From contig JBAZMW010000003.1 in NCBI GenBank assembly GCA_041649575.1, positions 120,001 through 152,000 on the forward strand: a stretch of 32,000 nucleotides of DNA. The letters run 5' to 3'. This document shows, one piece after another, positions 18,536-26,279 of the stretch. The notes under the pieces were generated by a model that saw nothing but the letters and a program-made list of their open reading frames with translations, made no database searches and had not been told where the DNA came from. The DNA comes from Patescibacteria group bacterium (GTDB taxonomy: Bacteria; Patescibacteriota; Patescibacteriia; 2-01-FULL-39-33). The first letter of the stretch is position 1. Every line of letters begins with the position of its first letter. A program made the translations under genes and the position numbers.

Positions 18536-19963
18536 TTAATTATTTATTAATTTATTTTGCTTTTCTGAACTTGAACCAGTTGCCGCATTAATTTCCATAA
18601 AACTATTTTCCTTGTATTTTTCCAAACGTTTTTTTATTTCCAAGACAATTTTATTAAAATCAACCACTTCCTGCACACCGCCCTCCATGTCGCGAATCAA
18701 AATAGTGCCGTCGCTGATCTCCTTTTGGCCCAAAATCAAGGTAAACTTTACTTTTAGTTTATTGGCTTGCTCCAATTGGTTTTTCAAGCTGTCCTTATAG
18801 AAAGCCTGGGCTAACCGAAAATCACTTTTTCTCAACTTTTCGTATAAAACCATGGCTTTTCTCTTGGCCGGCTCTCCCAGTTGAGCCAAAAAGATATCCG
18901 GCTGATAAATTTCTGGTATGGCAATTTCTTTTTCTCTTAATTTGGCGACCAGGCGATCCAGACCCATGGCCAGGCCCACTCCCGGCGTCTCCTCTCGGCC
19001 ACCCATAATTTTGACCAAACCGTCATAACGACCGCCGCCGCCAAAAGCATTCTTGCCTTCGTTATCATCAATCGACCAATATTCAAAAATAGTTTTGGTG
19101 TAATAATCCAGGCCCCGAACAATATAAGGATTTAAAACATAAGGCAAGTCTAATTCGTCCAGATACTCGACTACCTTCATAAAATGAGTTTTGCATTCTT
19201 CATCAAGATAATCTAAAATTTGTGGCGCCTCTTCGCGTAAATTGCGACAACTCTCCTCTTTGCAATCCAGTAATCTTAAAGGGTTTTTTGTCAAACGCAC
19301 CTTACAGCTTTCGCATAACAATTTGGCTTTGGGACGATAATATTTCACCAATTCTTTTTTGTACTCTTCGCGGCAAGCCGGACAACCAATACTATTAACC
19401 TGAATTATCGATTCTAAGCCCAATTCATTCAAACTATTCCAGCCCATCAGGATTAATTGAGCGTCAAGGGCCGGGCTAATTTCTCCAATGGCTTCCCAGC
19501 CAAATTGATAGAACTGCCGGAACCGGCCGGATTGAGGTTTTTCATGACGAAACATCGGACCAAGATAAAACAGCTTGACGGGTTGCGGCTGATTGATCAT
19601 CCCGTGCTGAATATAGGCTCGCACCACCGAAGCGGTCATTTCTGGACGCAGCGCCAGCTGATCACCGCCCTGATCAACAAAGGCAAACATTTCTTTTTCT
19701 ATCACGTCTGTCTGTTTACCAATACCGCGAACAAAAACTTCCAAATTTTCGAGGATGGGAGTGTTGATTAGAGAGTAGCCATAATCTAAACTAATCTTGG
19801 TCGCAATTTTTTTGACCATTTCCCAATACTTTTGATCTTGTGGCAAAATGTCGCGCATACCAGTAACAGTCGAGAGCTCCCTCTTGCCCTTGCGTTGTTT
19901 TTTGCCAGTCTTAGCTTCACTATCTTTGTCTGCTTTTTTTTCTATTTTTTTTGGTCTAGCCAT
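18536..19963 (-). CDS. hisS: Histidine--tRNA ligase (class II), with a Lys-rich N-terminal extension
   Basis: Motifs GMRDILP, LRPEMTASVVRAY, FYLGPMFRHEKPQSGRFRQFYQFGWE and GGGGRYDGLV are present, followed by a C-terminal anticodon-binding region. Confidence 0.93.
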   Translation of the reverse strand: MARPKKIEKKADKDSEAKTGKKQRKGKRELSTVTGMRDILPQDQKYWEMVKKIATKISLDYGYSLINTPILENLEVFVRGIGKQTDVIEKEMFAFVDQGGDQLALRPEMTASVVRAYIQHGMINQPQPVKLFYLGPMFRHEKPQSGRFRQFYQFGWEAIGEISPALDAQLILMGWNSLNELGLESIIQVNSIGCPACREEYKKELVKYYRPKAKLLCESCKVRLTKNPLRLLDCKEESCRNLREEAPQILDYLDEECKTHFMKVVEYLDELDLPYVLNPYIVRGLDYYTKTIFEYWSIDDNEGKNAFGGGGRYDGLVKIMGGREETPGVGLAMGLDRLVAKLREKEIAIPEIYQPDIFLAQLGEPAKRKAMVLYEKLRKSDFRLAQAFYKDSLKNQLEQANKLKVKFTLILGQKEISDGTILIRDMEGGVQEVVDFNKIVLEIKKRLEKYKENSFMEINAATGSSSEKQNKLINN

Positions 19964-19971
19964 GTTTAGGA

Positions 19972-20598
19972 TTATTTATATTCTGGTGAATTAAAAACTG
20001 TCAGGCGAGTAAAGGGCCAACCTCTCAACCAAGTACGACCAATGATGAAATCGCGTTTAACCGGACCAAAAACTCGAGAATCAAGACTCTGGTCGCGGTT
20101 ATCTCCCAGTAAGAAATATTCATCATTATTTAAAGTGACATTGCTATAGCCTTCGAAGGGCAAATCGGTTTCCATGCCCGGCATGAGATACTCTTCGGTT
20201 AGGGGACCACTAAAACTACCACTGGTAATAAAAACTCGTCCCGACTTGATCTCCACCCTGTCTCCCGGCAAACCCACAACCCTCTTAATAAAATATTGAC
20301 TAGGATCTTTGGGGTATTTAAAAACAACTATATCGCCACGTTTGGGTTCGGCGAACCGGTAACTAATCTCGTCGATTATGAGGTACTCATGATCATAAAA
20401 ATTCGGCTCCATGGAAGCACCTTTCACATAGAAAGGCTGAATCAGGAAATAACGAATCGGTAAAATAATAACCAGAGAAATGATCGAGACTTTGACCATT
20501 TCCCAAATAAACTCGACAACCGCCTTGGTTTTTGATCTTCTTACAACTGGCGGGTAGCCGGTCAAACCTAAATTATCATTCGGATCAAAATTATCCAT
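19972..20598 (-). CDS. lepB: Signal peptidase I
   Basis: TM helix, then GASMEPNF (catalytic Ser box), GDIVVFKYP, KRVVGLPGDRVEI and LGDNRDQSLDSR (box E). Confidence 0.92.
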   Translation of the reverse strand: MDNFDPNDNLGLTGYPPVVRRSKTKAVVEFIWEMVKVSIISLVIILPIRYFLIQPFYVKGASMEPNFYDHEYLIIDEISYRFAEPKRGDIVVFKYPKDPSQYFIKRVVGLPGDRVEIKSGRVFITSGSFSGPLTEEYLMPGMETDLPFEGYSNVTLNNDEYFLLGDNRDQSLDSRVFGPVKRDFIIGRTWLRGWPFTRLTVFNSPEYK

Positions 20599-20657
20599 GG
20601 TTTGGACTTTTCCCCTTTTTATTAGCGGAAAAATAATATTACTTGATATTTAATCTT

Positions 20658-20685
20658 ATTATAACACAAAATCAATATTTTACAA
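20658..20685 (-). promoter_or_regulatory. Candidate promoter for the long minus-strand gene string starting at lepB
   Basis: The minus strand reads TTGTAA, a 16-nt spacer, then TGtTATAAT (extended -10), about 60 nt upstream of the lepB ATG. Confidence 0.4.
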
Positions 20686-20728
20686 TAGCTAAAATAATTA
20701 ATTTCAAGCATTACTATAACATTTTTCC

Positions 20729-20757
20729 TTGGCAAATTTCAAGTTATGGTTTATAAT
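20729..20757 (+). promoter_or_regulatory. Candidate promoter for the LCP-family gene
   Basis: TTGGCA, a 17-nt spacer, then TATAAT. The -10 element ends 41 nt upstream of the ATG at 20799. Confidence 0.45.
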
Positions 20758-20798
20758 GATAATATTGCTAAAATTTTTAATCTAACCAAAAAATAATA

Positions 20799-22382
20799 AT
20801 GCCTAAAATCGAAGTTGATTTGTTGCCACCCCAGGAACCAGGTAGCGACATGCTATTGCCACGGCGCCGCCTAAGCTGGAAAAAAATCATTGCCAGTTTA
20901 ATAATAATCGCTATTATTGTGCTGGCGGTGTTTTCTTCTTCCGTGGTTTTTTCCGACGAAAGTCTAATAAAAAATTTATCAAAATTAAACTTTATTCAGC
21001 AGTTTGGAAGGTTAATCACCTCTCGCGACCGCGAGCTGTATGGCGAAAGCCAGGACCGGATAAACATCTTGATTATCGGCATGGGTGGCAAAAATCACGA
21101 AGGCGGCACACTGGCCGATACGATTATTTTGGGATCTTTCAAACCCAGCACCAAACAGGTGGCCATGATGTCAATTCCCAGAGACCTGACGGTACCCTGG
21201 AAAAACTACGGCTGGATTAGAATTAATGCGGTCAATGCTTATGCCGAAAAAGAACAAGCGGGCAGCGGCGGACCGGCGATGATAGAGCTGTTAGACAAAA
21301 TGCTTAATATCGACATCCATTATTATGTCACCATTGATTTTGACGGTTTTGAAAAAGTAATCGATGAATTCGGGGGCGTTGACATTAATGTAGACAAAGA
21401 TTTAATTGACTATCAATACCCTGTCCGAGGCCGGGAAGATGCTTACCCCATAGAAAGCCGCTTCGAAATTTTGAAAATCAAAAAGGGCCAGCAGCACATG
21501 AACGGGGAATTGGCCCTGAAATATGCTCGCAGCCGCCACGCTCTGGGGGCCGAGGGTTCTGATTTCGCCCGTTCACAACGACAACAAAAAGTGATTGTGG
21601 CCTTGAAAGAAAAAATTTTTTCGGCTGGCACTTTTTTTAGTCCTAAAAAAATTAATAGTTTACTTAGCGCTTACAACGAAAACATTAAGACTAATTTAGA
21701 AATCTGGGAGCTGCTACGGCTATCGCAGCTTGGGCAAAATACCGACACCTCGCAAATTATCAGCAAGTCAATAACCGACGGCGCCGACAGCCTGCTCTAC
21801 TCGAAAATGATAAACGGCGCTTACGTGCTGTTGCCCAAAAAAGGTAATTTCAGCGAACTAGCCAGCGCCTGGCAAAACATTTTTGGCGACTCTGGCGGCG
21901 CCCAAAACCAAACCAGTGGCTTAAATGTTCCCGCCGAACTGCTTAAAGCAGAAGAACAAAAGGCCAGCTCCAGCGAAACCAAAACTTCTAGCACTCCGGC
22001 AGAAACAAAACCCGAAACAGAGCAAACTGATCAGACAATTGGAGAGCAGGCGGCTAACGAAGAATTACCTTTCACCGAGGAAAAACCAAAAACCCTGCCA
22101 CAACCAGAGGGGGCCACTGTCGAAATCCAAAATGGCACCTTTATCACTGGTTGGGCGGCCAGAGAAAAAACCGCTTTAGAAAATGAGGATTTAAAGGTAG
22201 TCAAAACAGGCAATGCCTCTTTGCGTAATTATAATTCAATAATCATTTACGATTTTTCCGGAGATAAAAATCCGACCACTGCCGAAATTTTACGAAAAAA
22301 ATATGGCGTGGCCATAACTTCTAAAATTCCTAGCGGCCTAAATTCTGTGGCCGACTTTCTAATAATACTAGGCAAAAAATAA
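20799..22382 (+). CDS. LytR/CpsA/Psr (LCP) family cell-envelope phosphotransferase with a C-terminal LytR_C-like domain
   Basis: N-terminal TM helix, then INILIIGMGG...GTLADTIILGSF...MMSIPRDL...HYYVTIDFDGFEKVIDEFGGVDINV...LKYARSRH...DFARSQRQQKVIVALKEK. A Ser/Thr/Glu-rich linker precedes the terminal ATVEIQNGT... domain. Confidence 0.88.
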   Translation: MPKIEVDLLPPQEPGSDMLLPRRRLSWKKIIASLIIIAIIVLAVFSSSVVFSDESLIKNLSKLNFIQQFGRLITSRDRELYGESQDRINILIIGMGGKNHEGGTLADTIILGSFKPSTKQVAMMSIPRDLTVPWKNYGWIRINAVNAYAEKEQAGSGGPAMIELLDKMLNIDIHYYVTIDFDGFEKVIDEFGGVDINVDKDLIDYQYPVRGREDAYPIESRFEILKIKKGQQHMNGELALKYARSRHALGAEGSDFARSQRQQKVIVALKEKIFSAGTFFSPKKINSLLSAYNENIKTNLEIWELLRLSQLGQNTDTSQIISKSITDGADSLLYSKMINGAYVLLPKKGNFSELASAWQNIFGDSGGAQNQTSGLNVPAELLKAEEQKASSSETKTSSTPAETKPETEQTDQTIGEQAANEELPFTEEKPKTLPQPEGATVEIQNGTFITGWAAREKTALENEDLKVVKTGNASLRNYNSIIIYDFSGDKNPTTAEILRKKYGVAITSKIPSGLNSVADFLIILGKK

Positions 22383-22459
22383 TGCGCGACACCTACTAGC
22401 CTTCGTTTTATTAAACCAATAAAAAAACACCGACCAGTCGCTGTCTCGAGTTTATTTTT

Positions 22460-23800
22460 TTATTTGGAGATTAAATCTTTGGTGAGAAATTCTTCCAAAG
22501 CCGCAAAACTAGCCATAACGTTCGCTGAGTTATTTTTCTCTCTTATGGCCCGTGACAGCTCAATCGTCTCTTCCCTTCTGCCTCGCTGGGCCGCAGCTAG
22601 CAGTAGAGCTAACTTATATTTAGGAACCGGGTCTAAAGCTAACTGAAGCGGGTCCTGATCCATTGCTCTAATAAAATCATCACTGACTTCATTAAGGTCT
22701 TGGCCACCGGTCAAGGCGGCTTCAAATTTTCCCCACGCAGTCATCACCCTTTTACCCCTGCTATCACCAATGGTTTTGAGCAGGGACTGGGCTTCGGTGA
22801 TATATCTATTGGTTTTTTTAACCATTGATTCTAAAAATTCTACTAGCTGTCCATCTCGCCGCTGATCACCATTTAGGCTTTCATAAACCTCCTTCTCAAT
22901 CTCCAACACGCTTTGCCCAGACACCCCCAAAACATCAACTTGCCTGGCCTTATCAAAATCTATTAAAAACAAACGTCCTTCGGCCCGCATTAAATTGCCC
23001 TGGTGTAAATCCAGATGAAAAAAGCCGGCGCCATGTAAAATTCTCAAAACCTCACGTAGAGCATTAATTTCTTCCTGGCTAATAATTCCGCTATTTCTTA
23101 ATTTTTCTTTTATAAATTTATCCCATTGCGGGGCTTCGCGGTGGCCATAAACACTGGAAATTAAAGCCAACAAATCTTCCCTGCCAATTTGAGAGATATA
23201 ATCCTCAACATCACCATTGGGACATTTGCTTCTAAATTTATCGGCTTCTTTTCTGATTAATTCCCGATAAGTGATTACCTCAAAATCATCGCCCTCCACC
23301 CTGTCCATTATGATAACTTCTACCTGGCCTAAATTTTTTGCCCCTAAGCTGGCGAGAAGTTTTTGGGTCTGTTCGCTTTGAATTGAAAGGTTATGATAAA
23401 CGGCTCTGGGAACGGCTACTTTTTGAGCCAGAGGACTATTGGCAATAATTTCTCCGGCTCTTGACTGCATTTGGCATTCCTGTTGACCTCTGCCTTTGGC
23501 ATAAATTTTTATAATTTTTAAAGCCAGCCCCGTTTCCGAACAACCCTCGGCCGTTGTTTCAAATAATTGAGGAAAAAACTCTAGCAAGCTTTCTCTGATA
23601 TTTTGAGGCAAAACTCTTAAATCCATCTCTAAAACTATGCCCGTACCGCCTTCACCGATTTTTTTATCAGCCGCGCCGCTTTTCAAAATAAATTCCAAAA
23701 GGGAGTCAACCGGCTCTCGGTTGCTGTCTTTTTCTTCTGCGTCGACTTCACTGGCCGCCACGCCAGAGAAATCTGGCGATTTTGGAGAAATTTTAGCCAT
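22460..23800 (-). CDS. Protein-kinase-like fold phosphotransferase of unknown substrate
   Basis: A Gly-rich loop IGEGGTGIV, a Lys motif LALKIIKIY, a catalytic loop FFHLDLHQGNLM and a metal-binding LIDFDKA occur in kinase order. A ~150-aa helical tail follows. Confidence 0.65.
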   Translation of the reverse strand: MAKISPKSPDFSGVAASEVDAEEKDSNREPVDSLLEFILKSGAADKKIGEGGTGIVLEMDLRVLPQNIRESLLEFFPQLFETTAEGCSETGLALKIIKIYAKGRGQQECQMQSRAGEIIANSPLAQKVAVPRAVYHNLSIQSEQTQKLLASLGAKNLGQVEVIIMDRVEGDDFEVITYRELIRKEADKFRSKCPNGDVEDYISQIGREDLLALISSVYGHREAPQWDKFIKEKLRNSGIISQEEINALREVLRILHGAGFFHLDLHQGNLMRAEGRLFLIDFDKARQVDVLGVSGQSVLEIEKEVYESLNGDQRRDGQLVEFLESMVKKTNRYITEAQSLLKTIGDSRGKRVMTAWGKFEAALTGGQDLNEVSDDFIRAMDQDPLQLALDPVPKYKLALLLAAAQRGRREETIELSRAIREKNNSANVMASFAALEEFLTKDLISK

Positions 23801-23896
23801 AAAAATTTTACCTGTGTTCCCATCTTAACACAAAAAAATCATAACTGACAAGACAAAAAATTGCTAATTGCTGCTTTTTCCGTTATTATTTTATAT

Positions 23897-25261
23897 ATGA
23901 AAGAAAAACTGCCTCAAGTCGCCATTGTCGGCCGCGCCAACGTCGGCAAATCCACTCTCTTTAACCGCCTAATCGAAAGAAACAAGGCGCTGGTTTCGTC
24001 TATAGGCGGCACTACCCGCGATAGAAATATCGACACGGTAAAATGGCGCGACCGGATTTTTACTTTAATCGACACTGGCGGTTTGGATATTGACAGGGGC
24101 ATCGAAGAGAAAATCGCCCAAGGCATCATCAGACAAGCAGAAAAAGGCATTGCTCAAGCCGATCTTATTCTTTTTTTGGTTGACGCCAGAAGCGGACTCT
24201 TGCCAACCGACAAAGAATTAGCGCAACAACTAATCAAAAACAAACTAAAAAATAAAATTCTACTAGTAGTCAATAAGGCCGATTCTTTGAAATGGCGTCA
24301 AAACACTTCCGAATTTTATAAATTGGGCTTGGGCGAGCCTCTTATGGTCTCGGCTTCCAACGGCTCTGGCAGCGGAGATTTATTGGATGTGATTTTGGAA
24401 AGATTGCCAGCTAAGAGCGCCCGGCCTTTAGCCACGGCCGAGAAGCTGCCAAGCATAAAAATTGCTATCGTCGGCAAGCCTAATGTCGGCAAATCGTCGA
24501 TTATGAATTCCATACTGGGCGAAGAGCGGGTAATTATTACCGACATTCCTCATACCACCAGAGAGGCTCACGACACCGAATTTATCTATCAAAATCACAA
24601 GTTTATTATCATTGACACGGCCGGCATCAGGAAACAAGGAAAAATCCAACCCCGAAGCCTGGAGAGAAAATCAGTGGACAAATCGCTGGCCGCCATTAAA
24701 GAAGCGGAAGTGGTGATTTTGGTAACCGAGGTGCAAAAAAAAATCGATACTCAAGACAAAAAAATATCGCAAGAAATTTTGGAGGCCAAAAAATCGCTGC
24801 TTATCGCCGCTAACAAGTGGGATTTGATTCCCGCCAAAGACGAAAAGACCATTAATAAATACATCAAATATTATCAGGCGGCTTTCCCCTACCTGTGGTG
24901 GGCGCCGCTGATTTTCGTTTCGGCCAAAGACAACCTGAGAACCAAAAAAATATTGGAGTTGATTTTGGAAATAAAAGCGTCGCGGGAAAAAGAAATCTCC
25001 GACAGCCAGCTAGAAAGATTCTTGAAATCGAAAATCAAGCAACATCGGCCCAGCCGCGGCCAGGGATTAAAAAACCCCTACATCTTCAAAATAGAACAAG
25101 CGGGAATCAATCCGCCGCGCTTTATTGTTTCTGTCAACGACCCAAAGATTTTGCATTTTTCCTATATCAGATTTCTGCAAAACAGCTTGCGGGAACAATT
25201 TAAACTAATTGGCACGCCTATACAAGTAGAAGTAAAAAAGTGGCAAAGAAAAAATTTATGA
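23897..25261 (+). CDS. der: Ribosome-associated GTPase Der/EngA (tandem GTPase domains plus KH-like domain)
   Basis: Two G-domains are present: GRANVGKST / DTGG / NKAD and GKPNVGKSS / DTAG / NKWD. The start is moved to the ATG at 23897 (MKEKLPQVAIVG); the track start at 23861 is a TTG adding 12 hydrophobic codons. Confidence 0.92.
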   Translation: MKEKLPQVAIVGRANVGKSTLFNRLIERNKALVSSIGGTTRDRNIDTVKWRDRIFTLIDTGGLDIDRGIEEKIAQGIIRQAEKGIAQADLILFLVDARSGLLPTDKELAQQLIKNKLKNKILLVVNKADSLKWRQNTSEFYKLGLGEPLMVSASNGSGSGDLLDVILERLPAKSARPLATAEKLPSIKIAIVGKPNVGKSSIMNSILGEERVIITDIPHTTREAHDTEFIYQNHKFIIIDTAGIRKQGKIQPRSLERKSVDKSLAAIKEAEVVILVTEVQKKIDTQDKKISQEILEAKKSLLIAANKWDLIPAKDEKTINKYIKYYQAAFPYLWWAPLIFVSAKDNLRTKKILELILEIKASREKEISDSQLERFLKSKIKQHRPSRGQGLKNPYIFKIEQAGINPPRFIVSVNDPKILHFSYIRFLQNSLREQFKLIGTPIQVEVKKWQRKNL

Positions 25262-25824
25262 AATTAATCATCGGGCTGGGCAATCCCGGCAAAAAATACC
25301 AAAAGACTTGGCATAATCTGGGTTTTCTAATACTGGGGGAGTGGCAAAAAATTTTGGCCTTTCCCGCTTTCAAAAAACAACTTAAATTTCAAGCGGAAAC
25401 CAGCGAAGGAAAACTGGGCGAAGAAAAGATAATCCTGGCCAAACCATTGACCTACATGAATAATTCGGGAGAAGCCGTAGCTAAAATAAAAAACTACTAC
25501 CAGCTAGACCTGGATCAGATAATTGCCATTCATGATGATATCGACTTACCGCTAGGCAAGATCCGATTGGCCAAAAATTCATCGGCCGGCGGCCATAACG
25601 GAGTCAAATCGCTGATAGAAACTTTGGGCTCGCAAAATTTCTGGCGCCTAAAAATCGGCGTCAAGACGCCACGACTGGAAAAGATTAAGGCGGAAGATTA
25701 TGTTTTGGAAAAATTTAATAAACAACAAGAACTAGAAATCGCCAAAATAAAAAAAACAGCCGTAGCCGCGCTGGAAACCGGCCTGGACAAAAACTGGGAG
25801 ACGGCCATGAATCTTTACAATTAG
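25258..25824 (+). CDS. pth: Peptidyl-tRNA hydrolase
   Basis: MKLIIGLGNPGKKYQKTWHNLGF...LTYMNNSGEAV...IHDDIDLPLGKIRL...GGHNGVKS. The ATG at 25258 overlaps the der stop as ATGA (25258..25261), suggesting translational coupling. Confidence 0.92.
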   Translation: MKLIIGLGNPGKKYQKTWHNLGFLILGEWQKILAFPAFKKQLKFQAETSEGKLGEEKIILAKPLTYMNNSGEAVAKIKNYYQLDLDQIIAIHDDIDLPLGKIRLAKNSSAGGHNGVKSLIETLGSQNFWRLKIGVKTPRLEKIKAEDYVLEKFNKQQELEIAKIKKTAVAALETGLDKNWETAMNLYN

Positions 25825-25893
25825 AAAAGGCCTCGTTTCACCTGGGCTTGGCCTCGGGCGGTTGCCTAAGGCTAATTAAAGTGAAATGAGACC
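25825..25893 (-). terminator. Candidate intrinsic terminator closing the minus-strand tRNA/ncRNA unit
   Basis: The minus strand has a 13-bp stem, GGUCUCAUUUCAC (25893..25881) paired with GUGAAACGAGGCC (25841..25829), with one mismatch and one wobble. UUUU follows at 25828..25825. The 39-nt interior can form further pairs. There is no U-run on the plus-strand side. Confidence 0.4.
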
Positions 25894-25987
25894 TCGCGAA
25901 AGTGCTTGGAGATGGAGGCAGGTATTCCGATTGCCCGTCTCGCCGAAGACGAAGCCGAGGCGGAAGCTACCCCCTCACTGAAAACCT
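25894..25987 (-). ncRNA. Structured GC-rich trailer between the last tRNA and the terminator; unknown class
   Basis: Nested complementarity on the minus strand, for example GGUA[GC]UUCCG (25969..25959) with CGGAAUACC (25931..25923). There is no credible ORF. The strand is inferred only from context. Confidence 0.3.
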
Positions 25988-26063
25988 TGGTGGACGCCGA
26001 CGGGATCGAACCGCCATCTCTCCTGGTGCTAGCAGGCCGCTCTACCAATTAAGCTACACGTCC
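25988..26063 (-). tRNA. tRNA with encoded CCA; the hand-folded anticodon loop CUAGCAC gives anticodon AGC (Ala box), but the stem lacks G3:U70
   Basis: The 76-nt cloverleaf is GGACGUG UA GCUU AAUUGGUA GAGC G GCCUG CUAGCAC CAGGA GAGAU GGCGG UUCGAUC CCGUC GGCGUCC A CCA. The 7:66 pair is a G-G mismatch. Confidence 0.8.
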
Positions 26064-26074
26064 ACCAAATAGCT

Positions 26075-26152
26075 TGGCTCCCCGGGGAAGGATTTGAACC
26101 TCCGACCTAGTAGTTAACAGCTACCCGCTCTACCGGGCTGAGCTACCGGGGA
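26075..26152 (-). tRNA. tRNA-Asn (anticodon GUU), copy A, CCA encoded
   Basis: UCCCCGG UA GCUC AGCCCGGUA GAGC G GGUAG CUGUUAA CUACU AGGUC GGAGG UUCAAAU CCUUC (C) CCGGGGA G CCA. U1-A72 and G73 match classical bacterial tRNA-Asn. My fold leaves one extra C between the T stem and the acceptor stem, so ends are +/-1. Confidence 0.8.
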
Positions 26153-26199
26153 ACATGAGAACACGAGTACTAATTCAACTAGCTACCTAGAGAATAGTT

Positions 26200-26274
26200 T
26201 GGTTTCCCGGGGAGGGTTCGAACCTCCGACCTGGTGGTTAACAGCCACCCGCTCTACCACTGAGCTACCAGGAA
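26200..26274 (-). tRNA. tRNA-Asn (anticodon GUU), copy B, CCA encoded
   Basis: The 75-nt cloverleaf is UUCCUGG UA GCUC AGUGGUA GAGC G GGUGG CUGUUAA CCACC AGGUC GGAGG UUCGAAC CCUCC CCGGGAA A CCA. Confidence 0.88.
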
Positions 26275-26279
26275 ACACG

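Noticed and set aside
23861-25257. Longer starts from the ORF track for der (TTG 23861), pth (GTG 25240), yqeY (18239) and rel (TTG 30397)
   Set aside because: The upstream codons add non-conserved residues ahead of canonical N-termini (MKEKLPQVAIVG, MKLIIGLGNPG, MSLQKKIEED, MNRAENEF). An ATG start gives family-typical N-termini, and for pth it gives an ATGA overlap with der.
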